Below are positions 1 to 17,063 of a stretch of 64,000 nucleotides of DNA, piece by piece. The stretch covers positions 28,148,001 through 28,212,000 of the forward strand of contig OZ024755.1 of the NCBI GenBank assembly GCA_964016885.1, written 5' to 3'. The translations under genes were made by a program, and so were the position numbers. Below the pieces are notes generated by a model. The model ran no database searches. It saw only the letters and a list, made by a program, of their open reading frames with translations, and had not been told where the DNA came from. Every line of letters begins with the position of its first letter. The first letter of the stretch is position 1. The DNA is from Eledone cirrhosa (taxonomy: Eukaryota).

Positions 1-828
1 GCAGAGAATGTTTATAATAATACATGTAGAGGAATAATGATCCTACAATAAGAAAGAACAAATGCGAACGTAAAAGTTTTCATCACATTTTTGACAGAGA
101 TATGTAACGGGGGTATTAATTAATATAACATTCTTTGTGTCAGAATTCAAGATATGCTCTGAATGGAAAAAAAACAACAAAACGTTTACACTTATTTACA
201 AAACAAATTAGAATATGAACCTCCAACAACAGCGTATATCTAAACATTTGGAAATACTATCACCGCAGTTCATACAATGGTACCGATTTATGGGAAGATT
301 TTGCAAAGGTTTTTGTATAAAAATAACGACACGTACTCTCATTAATAAAGATAAATCTCAAGAATATGATATTTCATAATATGTAAATATATTTGGATTA
401 CTACGGAGGGGTTCGATAAGATGATGAATATATGATATATAATCACTGCGATCATTATCATACGTTTCCAGACATAGAACGATGTCTCGTAAGTGTGATA
501 AAAGATGTACCTTTCAGAAATATAATGAAACCCGCAACTAATATATTTAAGATTAATCAAGTACACGGGACGAATCATATTACTACGCATGCTTCATATA
601 TACATTCCTAGAAACACTCACACGTGTACATGCATACACACAAACAAACACACATACACATGAATGCTAGATTGCATAACTTCTTTAATTACTGAATAGT
701 CATAATACTCATTTCTGTGGTGAAATAGCTATATCATGGTACCATGACGCAACCAATGACCAGCAATCTTAGGGATTTTACATATATATATATGTGTGTA
801 TATAAACACATACGTATATGTGTAGGTG

Positions 829-867
<39 letters not shown>

Positions 868-1308
868 GTATATTTACCTCATTTTCCATTACAATACATC
901 TCAATGAATTTCAACCAAAATAATCAAAGTAATTTAACTATTGTAAATGTAGCTAAATTATTAATATCATCCATAAGTTTCAAATTAGTAATTAATTATT
1001 TGTCTTCATAATAATATAGGCTTGTATTAACATAGCTGGAACATTTGCGAGTTCGGCAAGTGAGAATCTAAAATAATATATTTTAAACTAAACGTTCCTT
1101 CAGTTAATTAATATTTCCCGTTAACTAAACGCTTTTGTGCATCCATAGATTATTACATATATATATATACAGAGATAAACCCACATTGTATCACGACCTT
1201 ATTGTAAACCCTTATGGTTAATAATACAATCATCATCATCAACAATATCATCTACATTATCTTTATCAGCATCATCATTTTCTTCATCGTTATTATCATT
1301 ATCATTAA

Positions 1309-1362
<54 letters not shown>

Positions 1363-1428
1363 ATATTAAATCATTCTTTTTATACTTATATAGATACGTA
1401 AATATATATGATCAAATTGGTCGGAAAA

Positions 1429-1433
<5 letters not shown>

Positions 1434-1478
<45 letters not shown>

Positions 1479-1485
1479 CACATAC

Positions 1486-1555
<70 letters not shown>

Positions 1556-1598
1556 ATATATATATGCATATACACATATACACACATATATATACACA

Positions 1599-1632
<34 letters not shown>

Positions 1633-1635
1633 CAC

Positions 1636-1674
<39 letters not shown>

Positions 1675-1791
1675 CATATATATATACACACATACATATA
1701 TATATATATATACACATACATATATATAAATATATATATATATATACACATATATATATATATATACACATACATATATATATATATACGT

Positions 1792-1843
<52 letters not shown>

Positions 1844-1845
1844 GT

Positions 1846-1888
<43 letters not shown>

Positions 1889-1890
1889 TC
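1434..1890. repeat. Compound (TA)n/(CA)n microsatellite
   Basis: Direct reading. Confidence 0.95.
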
Positions 1891-3614
1891 ATATATTGAG
1901 TTAGAAACTCAAAATAGTCTTTTACAATTAAATAGCTCAAGGAAAGGAATCTTTCCGAGCCGTGTAATACAATAGAATATATGAGAGGGATGAACACCGA
2001 TACAAGTATACATGTGTTAGAATTGCAAATGACCAAGTTAGCTAGGTTGAAAAATACTAATTTAAAACAATATGGTTTGCCTGTCTCGATTTAAAGTAAT
2101 AAATCAATAAAAATAACAAACCTATATTGGGCAATCGCCGTTGATACCCGGACAGATCTTTATTCATGTCTTGGTGGGGAGAATCGACTTATGTTCAGGA
2201 TATTTTCTATTCTATCCGCTTAAAATATGAATTATATACGTCAACAGGAAATATATGTGAGCCCTATATATAAAACTTCCCGTAGGAAAACCTTATTCAA
2301 ATCGCCGCCTTCAACACATCATTCTGTATCCAACCTTCTATTAGACTACTTCGTCATTAATAAACACGTTTCGTTTAACTTGACATCTTCATTGTCACAA
2401 TAATAATAATATGAAAATATCAATATGATTAATAGTAATGATAACAACAACAATAATAGTAATATAATAAAGGGAGGAGTGCGGGACTGTCCTGAATATA
2501 TTCTTTTTTATCCCATTAGTAAAATAAGTCAGATTACTTTGATTAAATAATAAAAGAATATTACATAATTTATGTACTAAATTTCGTAGCTGTTGATTAA
2601 ACAAAATATTCTTATATATAATGATTGCTTATTCTAAGATTCACTTCTTTTTAAATTTTCAAATGTCAATACTTCCGGTTATGATATAATTATAACGCTT
2701 ATATAAACGTTCATATATTTGCATCGTTATATCATGATGTTTATATTGCGTATGATATCAACCTGCACACTACACCTGCTAGCAGAAAACCACCGAAAGG
2801 GTGGTTTTTCTGCTAGTAATAATGGCCTTTGACGACTTTTCTTACGTTATTAGTATTATCAAGTAAATGAATGCAATCAAAGTAACAAGCAACTTTCACT
2901 TTCGTTTTCAACTCCTCTCATCATCCATATGTCTGATTTTGAAATTTTAAGCGAAATGTTTTTGGCAGTTAATTTAAAATGTTCGTTTTAGGTATTCTCT
3001 TCTAAACATTAATAACAGTCCAAATGAAACGTTATTAGAAATTAACGTTATCGAAATGAATCGTTATTAAAATGAAACCATAATAAATGAAACTACAACT
3101 TACATTATTAAGTAGAGTTTGTTTTTTTTTCTTGTCGTTTTCAACATACGCTGTAAAGAAGAATTTTCATTTTTCACATGCTGAGATTTTATGTTCATAA
3201 ATATAATGGCTGATATTCACTGTTTACCCCATGTGTACTCATATTTCAAAAGAAATACGAATTGGAATACAAATATATTTAAAAGAATATTACTACAAAA
3301 AAATGATATGATATATTACTAATAATATATGTGGTGATTAGATGGAAGGACGGAAATTAAGTCGATTTCAGAATTCTATTATTAAAGTAGTGTTGAAACA
3401 TGATAGTTGAAATAATACTTGTATATATATATATATATTTAATACAATAACAGAGATAGTTTAAAGCTAAACTCTGACTGGTAACCATCTCACTCAACAA
3501 ACATTAGGTTATATTTTACTATAAACCCAATTTAAATGTTTGGGGTGCTAACAATATGTATTATGTGGAAAAGCCAGTTGTATTATTTTATGAGATATAA
3601 TTAAAGTTAAAATA

Positions 3615-3646
<32 letters not shown>

Positions 3647-3864
3647 AAATAGACATTTTATTTAGTACGTTTTGCAATAGTTCTTTAGTAGTCGAAATTA
3701 TTTGCCTTTCTACTAGTTTATTGGGATTTCTTCCACGTTATGATATATTTCTCCTTAAAAAACACTCATTCTTAGAAAGGCATATTTAAGAAAACTATAG
3801 GTAGAGCCCAAGATATATTGTACATTTGTAGTATAGTTTTATTCGTATATATATATATATATAT

Positions 3865-3919
<55 letters not shown>

Positions 3920-4017
3920 TATGTATATATATATATATATATATTGTATATATTGTATATATATTTATATGTATATATATGTATATGTATATATATATAT
4001 GTGTATTTATTTATTTA

Positions 4018-4054
<37 letters not shown>

Positions 4055-4064
4055 ATATATATAT

Positions 4065-4095
<31 letters not shown>

Positions 4096-4160
4096 TGTAT
4101 ATATATATATATATATATGTTTATGTATATATATATATATATAGTAATAATAAACTTTTA

Positions 4161-4225
<65 letters not shown>

Positions 4226-4411
4226 GTGTGTGTGTGTGCAGGCAGCAGTCTTTAACTGTTTTCATCTTCTATAATATATTTCTTTTATATACTAAATATA
4301 GTTCGGGTTTTGTTTAACAAATATAACCACACAGCAATGACATCAACAACAAACAAAAACAATAAAAATAATAACATTAATAATAACAATAGTAAATAGT
4401 AATAATAGTAA

Positions 4412-4453
<42 letters not shown>

Positions 4454-4897
4454 TCTTACAATCATAATAACGGCCTCTTTATGTATCATCATAGGATAAT
4501 GATAATGAAATGTCTATCAATTTCGTTATCTAGAAGATTGCTGCAAAGTTAAAAATACTCTGACCAAGCTGATAAACGACAAACATCACATCTAAGATAT
4601 GTGTCTGTCATTTCATTTGTAAGTGGCACATGTGAAAGTTCACACAAATACATCTTTTTACGTGCATTAACGGATTGTCTGTAAGCAAAGTTGAAAACTT
4701 TAGCGAAATTCTAAATTGAAGGATCTGTAAAAGATGCTAGATCATTCTCACACAAAATGTGGTTAGTGTGAAGATTTATATTATATCTTATTATATGTTA
4801 ATCCTGAATATAGTTTTTAAATTTCTATATCGTTATTAATACACAATACTGATCTTTATCATCAGCATTGCACACTTCTATATTATGCATATTATAT

Positions 4898-5087
4898 AAT
4901 TGTTTCTACGTTTGGCACAAGGCCAGCAATTATTCAGTGCATTACTGGTACTTTATTTTATCGACCCCGTAAGGATGAAAGGCAAAGTTAACCTCGGCGG
5001 GATTTGAACTCAGAATGGCAAGGGCCGTAACTCTATGCGTCAAAGCATGGCGTCCGACCCTCTACCATTACTGCCAATCCACCGCCC
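4898..5087 (-). mobile_element. tRNA-derived SINE (family S1), full length
   Basis: A-box-like TGGCAGTAATGG, B-box GAGTTCAAATCC, core GCCTTTCATCCTTACGGGGTCGATAAA. 20-bp TSD tattatgcatattatataat at 4881-4900 and 5088-5107. Confidence 0.9.
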
Positions 5088-5174
5088 TATTATGCATATT
5101 ATATAATACGGTCTATTAACTCTTCTGAAGAAAAAGAAGTACTTCTTAATCTTTCCAAACCAAAATAATGATAA

Positions 5175-5356
5175 TAATGGTTTCTGATTTAGGCAGAAGA
5201 CCAGCACTTTTGTGTGAAGAGAAAGTCGATTAAATCGACCCCAGTGCATTACTGGTGTTTTATTTATCGACCCCGTAAGGATGAAAGGCAAAGCTAACCT
5301 CGGCGGGTTTTGAACTCAGATCGTAAAGGGCCATAATTCTATGCTGTCAATCCACC
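5175..5356 (-). mobile_element. SINE S1-related copy
   Basis: Same core and B-box, variant 3' part; further scraps at ~5410-5495. Confidence 0.8.
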
Positions 5357-5524
5357 AATAATAATAATAATAATAATAATAGTTCATTCTAATATTGGCA
5401 AGCGTAGTTAATCGACCACAGAAGGATGAAAAGCAAAATTGACCTCGGCAGGATTTTATCAATAATAATTGTTTCTACTTTTGGCACAAGGCCAGATTAT
5501 ATCAATAATAATAACCATAATAAA

Positions 5525-5562
<38 letters not shown>

Positions 5563-6584
5563 GTAATAATAATCATATAATTTTATTGTATTTCAGCGAG
5601 CGGAAAATTACACCACAATTATGAAAAGTTCTTGGTGTATATCTTAGTCAAATGAAATATTAATGAATGTTGATTTGAAGACTCACGAAGAAATGGTTTT
5701 AGGTGAAACATGGGTAAAAATAGTGAATAATCCAGCATACAGTTTACCGGTATTACATTAACTTCAACTTATATATTAAAGAAGACATGTACTATGAGTC
5801 ACAGCGCAGAGAAAACAAAGTAAATGTGTATATAAGCAATATGGTGGAAGTACATAAAACCAGTCAACGCAAACAGAGAACTGTGAAAATTATATCCATT
5901 ATTGACATATTATAGCCACATTTGCATACAACAAATTACACGAAACTGAATTCAGAAACACTACAAAATATATAAGATTAACTGAATTAAAAAAAATAAT
6001 TTATAGTTAAATTTGAATATTGCATCACACAAAGCAAAAAATATATATATTAATAATTTTAAAACAATGGTAAACAAATAAAGATTGACGCTATGTATTG
6101 TTTAACAAAGGGTAAATGTATATCTTTAATTAGGACAAATTTTCTACTAGTTTGTGTCCTTTCGGAAATTTTTAATCTTGTTGTTGTATTGGTTACTGAA
6201 AGCAATTTCTTGTATTTATTATTTTTTTCATTTTGTGTGTTGTTGATAGATGTAAATGTTTCATACATATATTTTGTATCGGTTGAAATGATTATTGATT
6301 TAAATGTCTATAAAAAAAACGTTCCCAGACGTAACAAATCTAGTTGAAGAATTCTTCATATCACAGAAAGTATTGTACGTATGGGTAAATGCACAAACAA
6401 CTGCATATGCATGTATCTCTATTGATAAAAATAGTGCGCATATATATCTAGATAAAATACATAATACATGTTTAATTAGTGTTATCTAATACTATGAAAA
6501 AAAAAAACATTAGTTTTCATCAGGAGCATTCATTCATGTATTTACAGACATACACACAAATAGTCAGACACATATCCAGATAAA

Positions 6585-6706
6585 TATATATATATATAAT
6601 ACATACACACACACATACACACACACACATGCATACACACATACACACACTCGCAGATATATATACATAAATATATATATATATATACATAAATTTATAT
6701 ACATAA

Positions 6707-6737
<31 letters not shown>

Positions 6738-6995
6738 CATAAATATATATATATACATAATATATATATATATATACATAAATATATATATATGTATATA
6801 CATAAATATATACATAAATATATATATATACATAAATAGATATATATATATATACATACATATATATATATATACATAAATATATATATTTATATATACA
6901 TAAATATATATATATATATATACATAAATATATATATATATATATACATAAATAAATATATATATTTATATATACATAAATATATATATATATAC

Positions 6996-7032
<37 letters not shown>

Positions 7033-7145
7033 AATATATATATTTATATATACATAAATATATATATTTATACATAAATATAGATATATATATATACATA
7101 AATATATATATTTATATATACATAAATATATATATTTATATATAC

Positions 7146-7225
<80 letters not shown>
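6585..7225. repeat. (TA)n array with recurring cataaa interruptions
   Basis: Direct reading. Confidence 0.95.
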
Positions 7226-7229
<4 letters not shown>

Positions 7230-8399
7230 GAACATATTAGTGAAGGAAATATACACATAAAAATAGATGATAAGATTAGGGTAGTCTTATTTTGTTAAGC
7301 AGTTTGAGGATTGTTTTTCTTTTACATAAATGTATAAGGGAAGGCGAAAAGAGAGTGAAAAAAAAGAAGGAAATTTCGTTAATTAAGTCCTATCTTTAGT
7401 ATAGCTCAACTTAATCAACGTCATGTCTATGGCATTTTCTATTGAATATGGTTGTGATTGTGTTATTTGATTTCATTTTTGCTTTTGGACCCTTCCTAAT
7501 GTTATATGCTTTTTTGTATAATACACTTGTAACTTGATTTAATTTGCCTATGTGGAAAATCAAGATATTGTCAAAAGATATATGAATGCTAATATTTTCT
7601 TTGATAATTGGAATATAATATTGGGATAATTACGTCATTGCCTGAGCGCTAACAGCACTTGTATCTTTACCGTGTTCTTTTATTTAGATATCACTTGTAA
7701 TATCTTCCTCCTCATTGGACATTATGAAACATATCTTATGATCAATTGGCACCAAAATTAATATCAAAATTATCATCATCATAATGAATATAATCATCAT
7801 TATTGTCGTCGTTATATATTTTTGCCGTAGTATTTGCCTTCCTCGACAACATCATGCTCATAATCAGGCACCTAACACCCTCCCTCTCCCCTACCTCATG
7901 ATGATGATGATGATCATCATCATCATCATCAACATCAATACCACCACTATGTTCATTGTCGTTATCATCATCATAGCCATTATCATTTTAAACATTATAA
8001 TAGTCATCATCATCATCATTAATGCGGTCATGTCCAAACAACCTCACAGATCCCCCCCCCCCTAACTGCGCTGAGCCTTTTGTGAAAATGTCACCACCAT
8101 CGTCGTCATCATCGGACGTTATTGTGTCGTCGTCATCGACGCCGACGTCAGCCATGTCGTTGTCGTTCTCTCCCACCATTTTCATTATCAACGCCATCGT
8201 CGTATCACCAACACTATCATGATAATCGTCAACATCATAAACCACCACCACTATCATCATCATCATCATCAGCTGTATCAGCCTAACGATCATCAACATC
8301 AATATAATATTAATGACTCTAACAACAACAACAACAACAACAATAATAATAGTAATGATTATAATAATAATAACAATAATAATAAAAATAATAATAAAA

Positions 8400-8506
8400 A
8401 TAATTGCTTCTACTTTAGGCACAAGGCCAGCAAATTACCCAGTGCATTACTGGTACTTTATTTTATCGACCCCGTAAGGATGAAAGGCAAAGTCAACCTC
8501 GGCGGA
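8400..8506 (-). mobile_element. SINE S1, 5'-truncated
   Basis: Core and 3' end only, embedded in (AAT)n. Confidence 0.85.
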
Positions 8507-8792
8507 ATAATAATAAAAATAATGTTAATGTTTATGATGACGATGTCTCCAAAATTCTTCAACATTAACAGGATTCCTATATCCTCCTCATCTTCATGAT
8601 AATTATCATCATTCAATATATGTACAAGGTGTTCCTGTTATAGTGTTACTTCTAATAGTGGTTATCTCCCCAAAATTATGCTCTTCACTTATAAAGTCGT
8701 CTGTTTCAGCATCGCCAACAAACCCGTATCTCTATTTCTAACACACATATGCATATATATGCATGCATATGCATAAACATCTATATTATACA

Positions 8793-8846
<54 letters not shown>

Positions 8847-9030
8847 AAATGAAGGATGTCATGTCTGAGAAACATGCGCCATAACCTCTGTAGAAAAAGC
8901 TCAAAGATTCTAAGGGATACATATATATATAAACGATTTAACATAATTTCTTTCGAATGAAAGTTCTATTCCTGCAGAAGCCATTTCTATATTAAATCTT
9001 GTCTATACTCTATGTTTTGAGTACCTTGCT

Positions 9031-9080
<50 letters not shown>

Positions 9081-10191
9081 CATCCAGACAATCACCATTT
9101 CGTCATTAACATTAGCCTTTTCACCGTGAGCATGAAAATCACCAGTTGTTACAAGAGTTATTATCATTGTCAAATCAACTATTTCTTAAGCCTTATCATA
9201 TTTCCATTATTCTCCTTACAACTGCTTGGAGTGTTGTTCGTATCATTTCCACCGTTGATTTTTCATTCGCATCATCGCTATCATATTAATCACACATTGT
9301 TATACTAATCAAGATAGTCTTCTCAAAACTACTATTACAACGCTACTATGACCATTATCATCCCCAAGAAAACTATCTCTAATATGATCAACATCACCAT
9401 TATTATCATCATTATCATCACCAACATATTCATCATCGCTATCTCTAGCTATAATCTAGATGCGAAGAGATCATAACTCTTATTTCAGAAGTAATCAGTA
9501 ATATTATCATGAATTTTCATGAATAAATTCAATTTGAACATTATGATCGTAACCCACAGCACCACAGTCAACGCTATCTTCATCATTAGCTTTATACTTC
9601 TGCATCATAATTATAAATATTACAAATAACATCCTGACACCCATTGATATACATTGAGCTCAGATATCCAAAGTTGTTAATATGCATCAAACATTCCTTC
9701 ATTTTTAGACCTTATTTAACAACGCACACACATTTTGTTAGACGTGTAATCTATGAAATATTTCTACTATACAAATCATATATTTCTCTATTAGCTAGAT
9801 CACCCGATATTACAATGCATGCTCCATATAACTTAACAGAAAACTGTGTTACAAGTGTCTATGAGTCTGTATGTAAATGTTTCTTCTACGTGTTATATAC
9901 AATGATTGCAGAATTTTACGCCTCATTTTCAACAATTGATTCGTTAGGTGTTTAATTTCGTCTTCGATTACGTACACCATTCTTAAATAAAGTGACGTAC
10001 TGATTATGGATTTTAGCGTATCGGCTCTCCATACAGAAATTGCTAGACTCGCACATAAGTCAAAATTCATTATACTGTTAAAATCAAACTAGTGGGGTTA
10101 TCTTGCTCATCATATTTGTAAAATAAAACAAACAAAATATAAATCAGTTGAATCAGCTTTCAACGTCGTTATTATCACACGTTGTCAAGCT

Positions 10192-11366
<1,175 letters not shown>

Positions 11367-11370
11367 TTAC

Positions 11371-11536
11371 AGCAGGCGTGAACGAGTGGGTTATGATCAC
11401 ACCTCACGATCGTGGGTAAATTTGTGGTAAACCACTGTATGGCATCTTAGGCAAGAGACAGTCACCTTAGCCCAGTATCAACCAAAGTCTTTTTGCTGAA
11501 AATATAGTGGATGGAAACTGTGTGGAAGCCCGTGTT
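11371..11536 (+). mobile_element. Diverged tRNA-derived SINE (second family)
   Basis: Degenerate tRNA-like head, then ggcatcttaggcaag ... accaaagtc ... ggaaactgtgtggaagcccg, resembling a common octopus SINE as recalled (not searched). Confidence 0.55.
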
Positions 11537-11714
11537 ATAGGCTGTACCTCTTATGAAACTTGCCAGCCCTGTCAAATATTCTTTTACGCTAATTATGCCC
11601 AAGTAGCAAGGTAAGTATAAAGTGTGGTAATATGTATGTATATATATATACATATATATACATATATACATATATATATATATACATATACATATATATA
11701 TACACACACATATA

Positions 11715-11758
<44 letters not shown>

Positions 11759-12166
11759 TATATAGATATATATAGATACATATACATATGTGTACATATA
11801 TATTTTATATGTGTGTGTGTGTGTTTATATATTATGAGGTGGTATATTAAGGGATGTATGGGTGTCTGGGTCGGGTCTGGTTGGCTGGCTGGATATGAGG
11901 AAATATGATTTGCAAGAGAATTGCTGCATGAGACAAAAGTATACATGTATACTTTCCAACAATTCTACAAAATATTCATAATAATATTGTGATAGAACAA
12001 TACTTATGCTTCCTTCCTATACGACGTGTTTTTAGGACTTGACATATTTAGAATTTATTGTGTCAATTTTATTTTATGTCAATCATAAGAACATCATTGT
12101 CTTGTCAATAAAAATATATGTCATCTTGAAGAGATAGAAATAGCTACATTATAGTATCCTACGCAC

Positions 12167-12354
12167 GGCAGTGGATTGGCAGTATCGGTAGAGAGTCGGA
12201 CGCCATGCTTTCCAACATAGTTACGTCCCTTTACGGTCTGAGTTCAAATCCCGCCGAGGTTAACTTTGCCTTTCATCCTTACGGGGTCGATAAAATAAAG
12301 TACCAGTAATGTACTGGGTAATTGCTGGCCTTGTGCCAAAAGTAGAAACAATTA
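12167..12354 (+). mobile_element. SINE S1, full length
   Basis: Matches other copies; TSD attatagtatcctac at 12148-12162 and 12351-12365. Confidence 0.9.
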
Positions 12355-12985
12355 TAGTATCCTACATATGGATTACATGGGAAATGTTTATTTTATTGTT
12401 ATCAACGGTGAAACTAATTACCAATACAGTATAAATATGTTATGCACCTTTCTTCTCAGCTAAGTAAGAATACTACTGTTTTACTATTTTCTTATATGAT
12501 CTTCGTCATTCTTCGCGACTGTTGGCCTAATGTTACCCGATAAATTGCGCATCAAATATTTCTTTCTCACTCCATCTTACTCTCTCACCCCCTACCCCTC
12601 GAGTTCTTTAACAATCTCTATCAGGTTTCGTTCAAGCGCCCTCCATATATTCATATATGAAACTTTCTAACGTTATATATATAATATATATATATGTTAT
12701 ATATATTATATATATATATATATATATAATATATATAATATATATATATTATATATATATATATAATATATATAATATATATATTATATATATATAATAT
12801 ATATATTATATATATATTATATATAATATGTATCTATATATAATATATATATATATTTATATGTAATATGTATGTATATATATATAATATATATATGTAT
12901 TTATATATATATATATTTATATATAATATATATATATTTATATATTTATATTTATATATATATATTTATATATAATATATATATA

Positions 12986-13066
<81 letters not shown>

Positions 13067-14109
13067 TATATATATTTATATATATATATATATATCTATA
13101 TATATATATATATATTTATATATAACATATATAAATATATATATTTATATATAATATATATATATATTTATATATAACGTATATATATATAGTTATATAT
13201 AATATATTTATATATATTTATATATAACGTATATATATATATATATTTATATATAATATATATATATATTTATATATATTTATATATAATATATATGCTT
13301 ATATAAATATATATACATAAATACATGATGATGGCTGAAACTCGATTTCGTGTAATGCAATCGCTTGATCCTTAAGCATTAGCACCACTGACGTGGCTTT
13401 GTAATCCTGTTGGGCACCAGCCTATGGTGAGCAATGCTAAGCATTGCAAAAAAAAAGCGTCACATATTTTTGAGTGTGAGTGTGTGTGTGTGTGTGTGTT
13501 TTTCCACCTTACTATATTCAATTTATCTGTTTACTTTAAGCCAGCTATCCTTTGTGTTTACTGTTTGATAATGCTTGATGACAAATCGGTTGTAATTTAG
13601 TTAAAAGGGCAGATATATTGAATGACGTTTTGTTTAAAATATTATTGATAAAAATTAATTTAAAAATAGGATAATCAATATAGGAAATTTGTAAATATAT
13701 TTAAATTGTTTATACGAAATATATATATTCATCAGTTATATGAGAACATTATGAATTTATTATTAATGAGTTGGATAAATTAAATGCATGAAAATATTAA
13801 TCCGACATTAAATATCAAAAAAAGGCTCAGAAGCATTTATATGTAAACATCGCTAATAAAAATCAATATATTTAAGAAATGACAAAACCTACGAGAAGAA
13901 TATGCATAGAATACCGATTTCGAAGAAGCATCGTAGAAATTAATTAAGCGGGGTGGATGAAGATGTCAATGAAATTATGAAATATACTAGCCGAGGAAAC
14001 TCATTGCGAAATACAAATTATTTAACTTGGTAAATAAGACGTATTATACCTTCATTTATATATGGATACCTATTTTATATATTGATTGGAATACATGTAT
14101 GTATGTATG

Positions 14110-14540
14110 TGCCTGGCCTGACATGTGAGAACTGTAATAGGGTTTGTCTGAGCATGGCAGGTCTAAAGAGTCACCTGAGACTGCACAAGAACAGGGAAGC
14201 AGGCACCTGTGGGGCTGTAAGTGTTCATCAGACGACGACATGTCATGTTTGTGGAAGGGTATGCAGGTCGAGTAGTGATCTAACACGACACCTTGGGTCA
14301 CATGGTGCCATGGGCCCAGCACTATGTGTCAATAATTGTCACAAGTGTAGTGTTTGTACCAGAGTTTTCAAGTCACTGGCTGGACTAAAAAGCCACACTC
14401 GTTCAGCGCATCGGTAGGGGTTCTCCTACATGGATATAAAGTAGTGGCCGTACTCGAAAACGAGTTGGCAGCCGCTATGTATGTATGTATGTATGTATGT
14501 ATGTATGTATGTATGTATGTATGTATGTATGTATGTATGT
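14110..14540 (+). mobile_element. 3' end of a LINE (RTE-like) with three C-terminal C2H2 zinc fingers, stem-loop and (TATG)n tail
   Basis: CENC..SHLRLH, CHVC..RHLGSH, CSVC..SHTRSAH with no TGEKP linkers. Stop at 14417, short 3' UTR with hairpin actcg-aaaa-cgagt, (TATG)n tail; tatg repeats also on the left flank. Confidence 0.7.
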
Positions 14541-15071
14541 GTGCGTGTCTGTGCCTGCATCACTTTCTGCTATATCTGCTATTCTCCTTCCTATCTCTCC
14601 CCCGCTTGTGTTCTGTCTCTTACACTCAAACGCAAGAAAAAAAAAAAGAAACACGAATTACATACTGATTGATATATGAGGAAATCATATGTTAAACTGA
14701 GAAGAGTTAAATAGCAAATGTTTCTGCAGTCAGTTGGTGGTATATTTAAGAATGTTTCTAAGCCTTCTGAATGTGAACATCTTGTAAATTAGAATTAAAT
14801 ATATAGTGAGTTAGAAATATAGGGAAGAGAGAAATCAAATATTGATATCACACCAGATATTGCGTCCTTTCAAATGTTAAGTAGGTATGAAAGGAAGAAA
14901 AGAAAGATAAAGATAATAATTTAAGATGTCATTTGAGGAAGATTTATGTCCCGTTGTTGGCTACGAGGGTGACTTGCTGCATCCATCTTATATCTTTTGT
15001 TGCTTGTATGTGTGTATAGTCGCCATTTTAGAGGAGTTTGGTGATGTTTTTAATTGATTGAATACACAAAC

Positions 15072-15072
<1 letters not shown>

Positions 15073-15134
<62 letters not shown>

Positions 15135-15196
15135 TACATATTTATATATGTAATATATATATATATATATATATATAATACATATTTATATATGTA

Positions 15197-15252
<56 letters not shown>

Positions 15253-15266
15253 CATATTTATATATG

Positions 15267-15328
<62 letters not shown>

Positions 15329-15342
15329 CATATTTATATATG

Positions 15343-15376
<34 letters not shown>

Positions 15377-15871
15377 GCATTCAACCAATACGTATTTATA
15401 TATGTAATATACGTATATGTCCATATATGTATGTATGTAAATAATATGTGTGTGTTTGTGTGTTAGAATTTGTGTGCATGTGTGAGACTGTGTGCTTGTA
15501 TGAGTGTCAGATTATTGAATATATTAATATATTTATAGACGCTCTTAAAATGTGTACGCAGTATGATATTATATATTTCAATTAAAGAAATATATAACTG
15601 ACGATATATTTCATAAGATATATTGTTGAAAGTTGGGCATTTCCTTCAGAAATATGTCAATACACGGGATCAGTTACCTCATTTACATGGCGTACACTTA
15701 TATATATATATGTGTATATATATATATGTATATATATAAAGATATATATATATATTTGTATATATATATATGTATATGTATATATGTGCATATATATATA
15801 TTTGTATATATGTATATATGTGTATATATATATGTATATATGTATTTGTATATATGTGTATATATATGTAT

Positions 15872-15909
<38 letters not shown>

Positions 15910-16037
15910 ATATATATGTATATATGTGTATATATATATGTGTATATATATATGTATATATATATATATATGTAATATATATGTGTATATATATATATGT
16001 ATATATATGTATATATATATATATGTATATATGTATG

Positions 16038-16086
<49 letters not shown>

Positions 16087-16418
16087 GTATATGTATATAT
16101 GTATATGTATATATATATGCATATATATATATATACATATATATATATGGATATATGTCTGAATATCTTAATTAATCTACATACAATTCCCCAAACACAC
16201 ATACCACGTACATACCACACACATATATATATATTCATTAATTCGCGAACAATAAACCATGAAGATTACAGAAGAATAAAGGATTCAATACATTAAAGAA
16301 GCACAAAGTATTTTCTTTTATGCAAATTATTGACACTATAACAAAAGAAAATCATAAGGTACGTGAAAGTTTGGTATATAGACGAGCTATTATAAAACTC
16401 ATAAAGGGACACGTGTGC

Positions 16419-16514
<96 letters not shown>

Positions 16515-16890
16515 ATATATATATGTATATGTGTATATATATATGTATATATGTGTATATATATATATATAAAAGTATATATATATATGTATATATGTAT
16601 CTATATGTGTATGTATATATGTATCTATATGTGTATGTATATATGTGTATATGTGTATATATATATATGTGTATATATATATATGTATATGTGTATATAT
16701 ATATATGTATACATATATGTATATATATATATACATGTGTATATGTATACATATGTATATATGTATCTATATGTGTATGTATATATGTATATATATATGT
16801 ATATATGTATTTATATGTGTATGTATATATGTATATATATATATATATATGTATTTATATATATATGTGTATATATATAATGTATATAAA

Positions 16891-16929
<39 letters not shown>

Positions 16930-17009
16930 TAAAGAAATGCATGTGTGCCTAGTTGTATGTAAATAGCTATGGATATATGCATATTCACATATAAAGAAAC
17001 ACATTTAAT

Positions 17010-17063
<54 letters not shown>

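Noticed and set aside
9849-10070. 73-aa ORF after an acceptor-like site; similar isolated acceptor-like sites at ~5596(+), 23841(-), 31812(+) and 63025(+)
   Set aside because: No recognisable domain and no phase-consistent partner exons; such sites are frequent by chance in AT-rich DNA.
14082-14417. Host C2H2 zinc-finger transcription factor gene
   Set aside because: No TGEKP linkers, no clear acceptor, and a hairpin plus (TATG)n tail point to a LINE 3' end.
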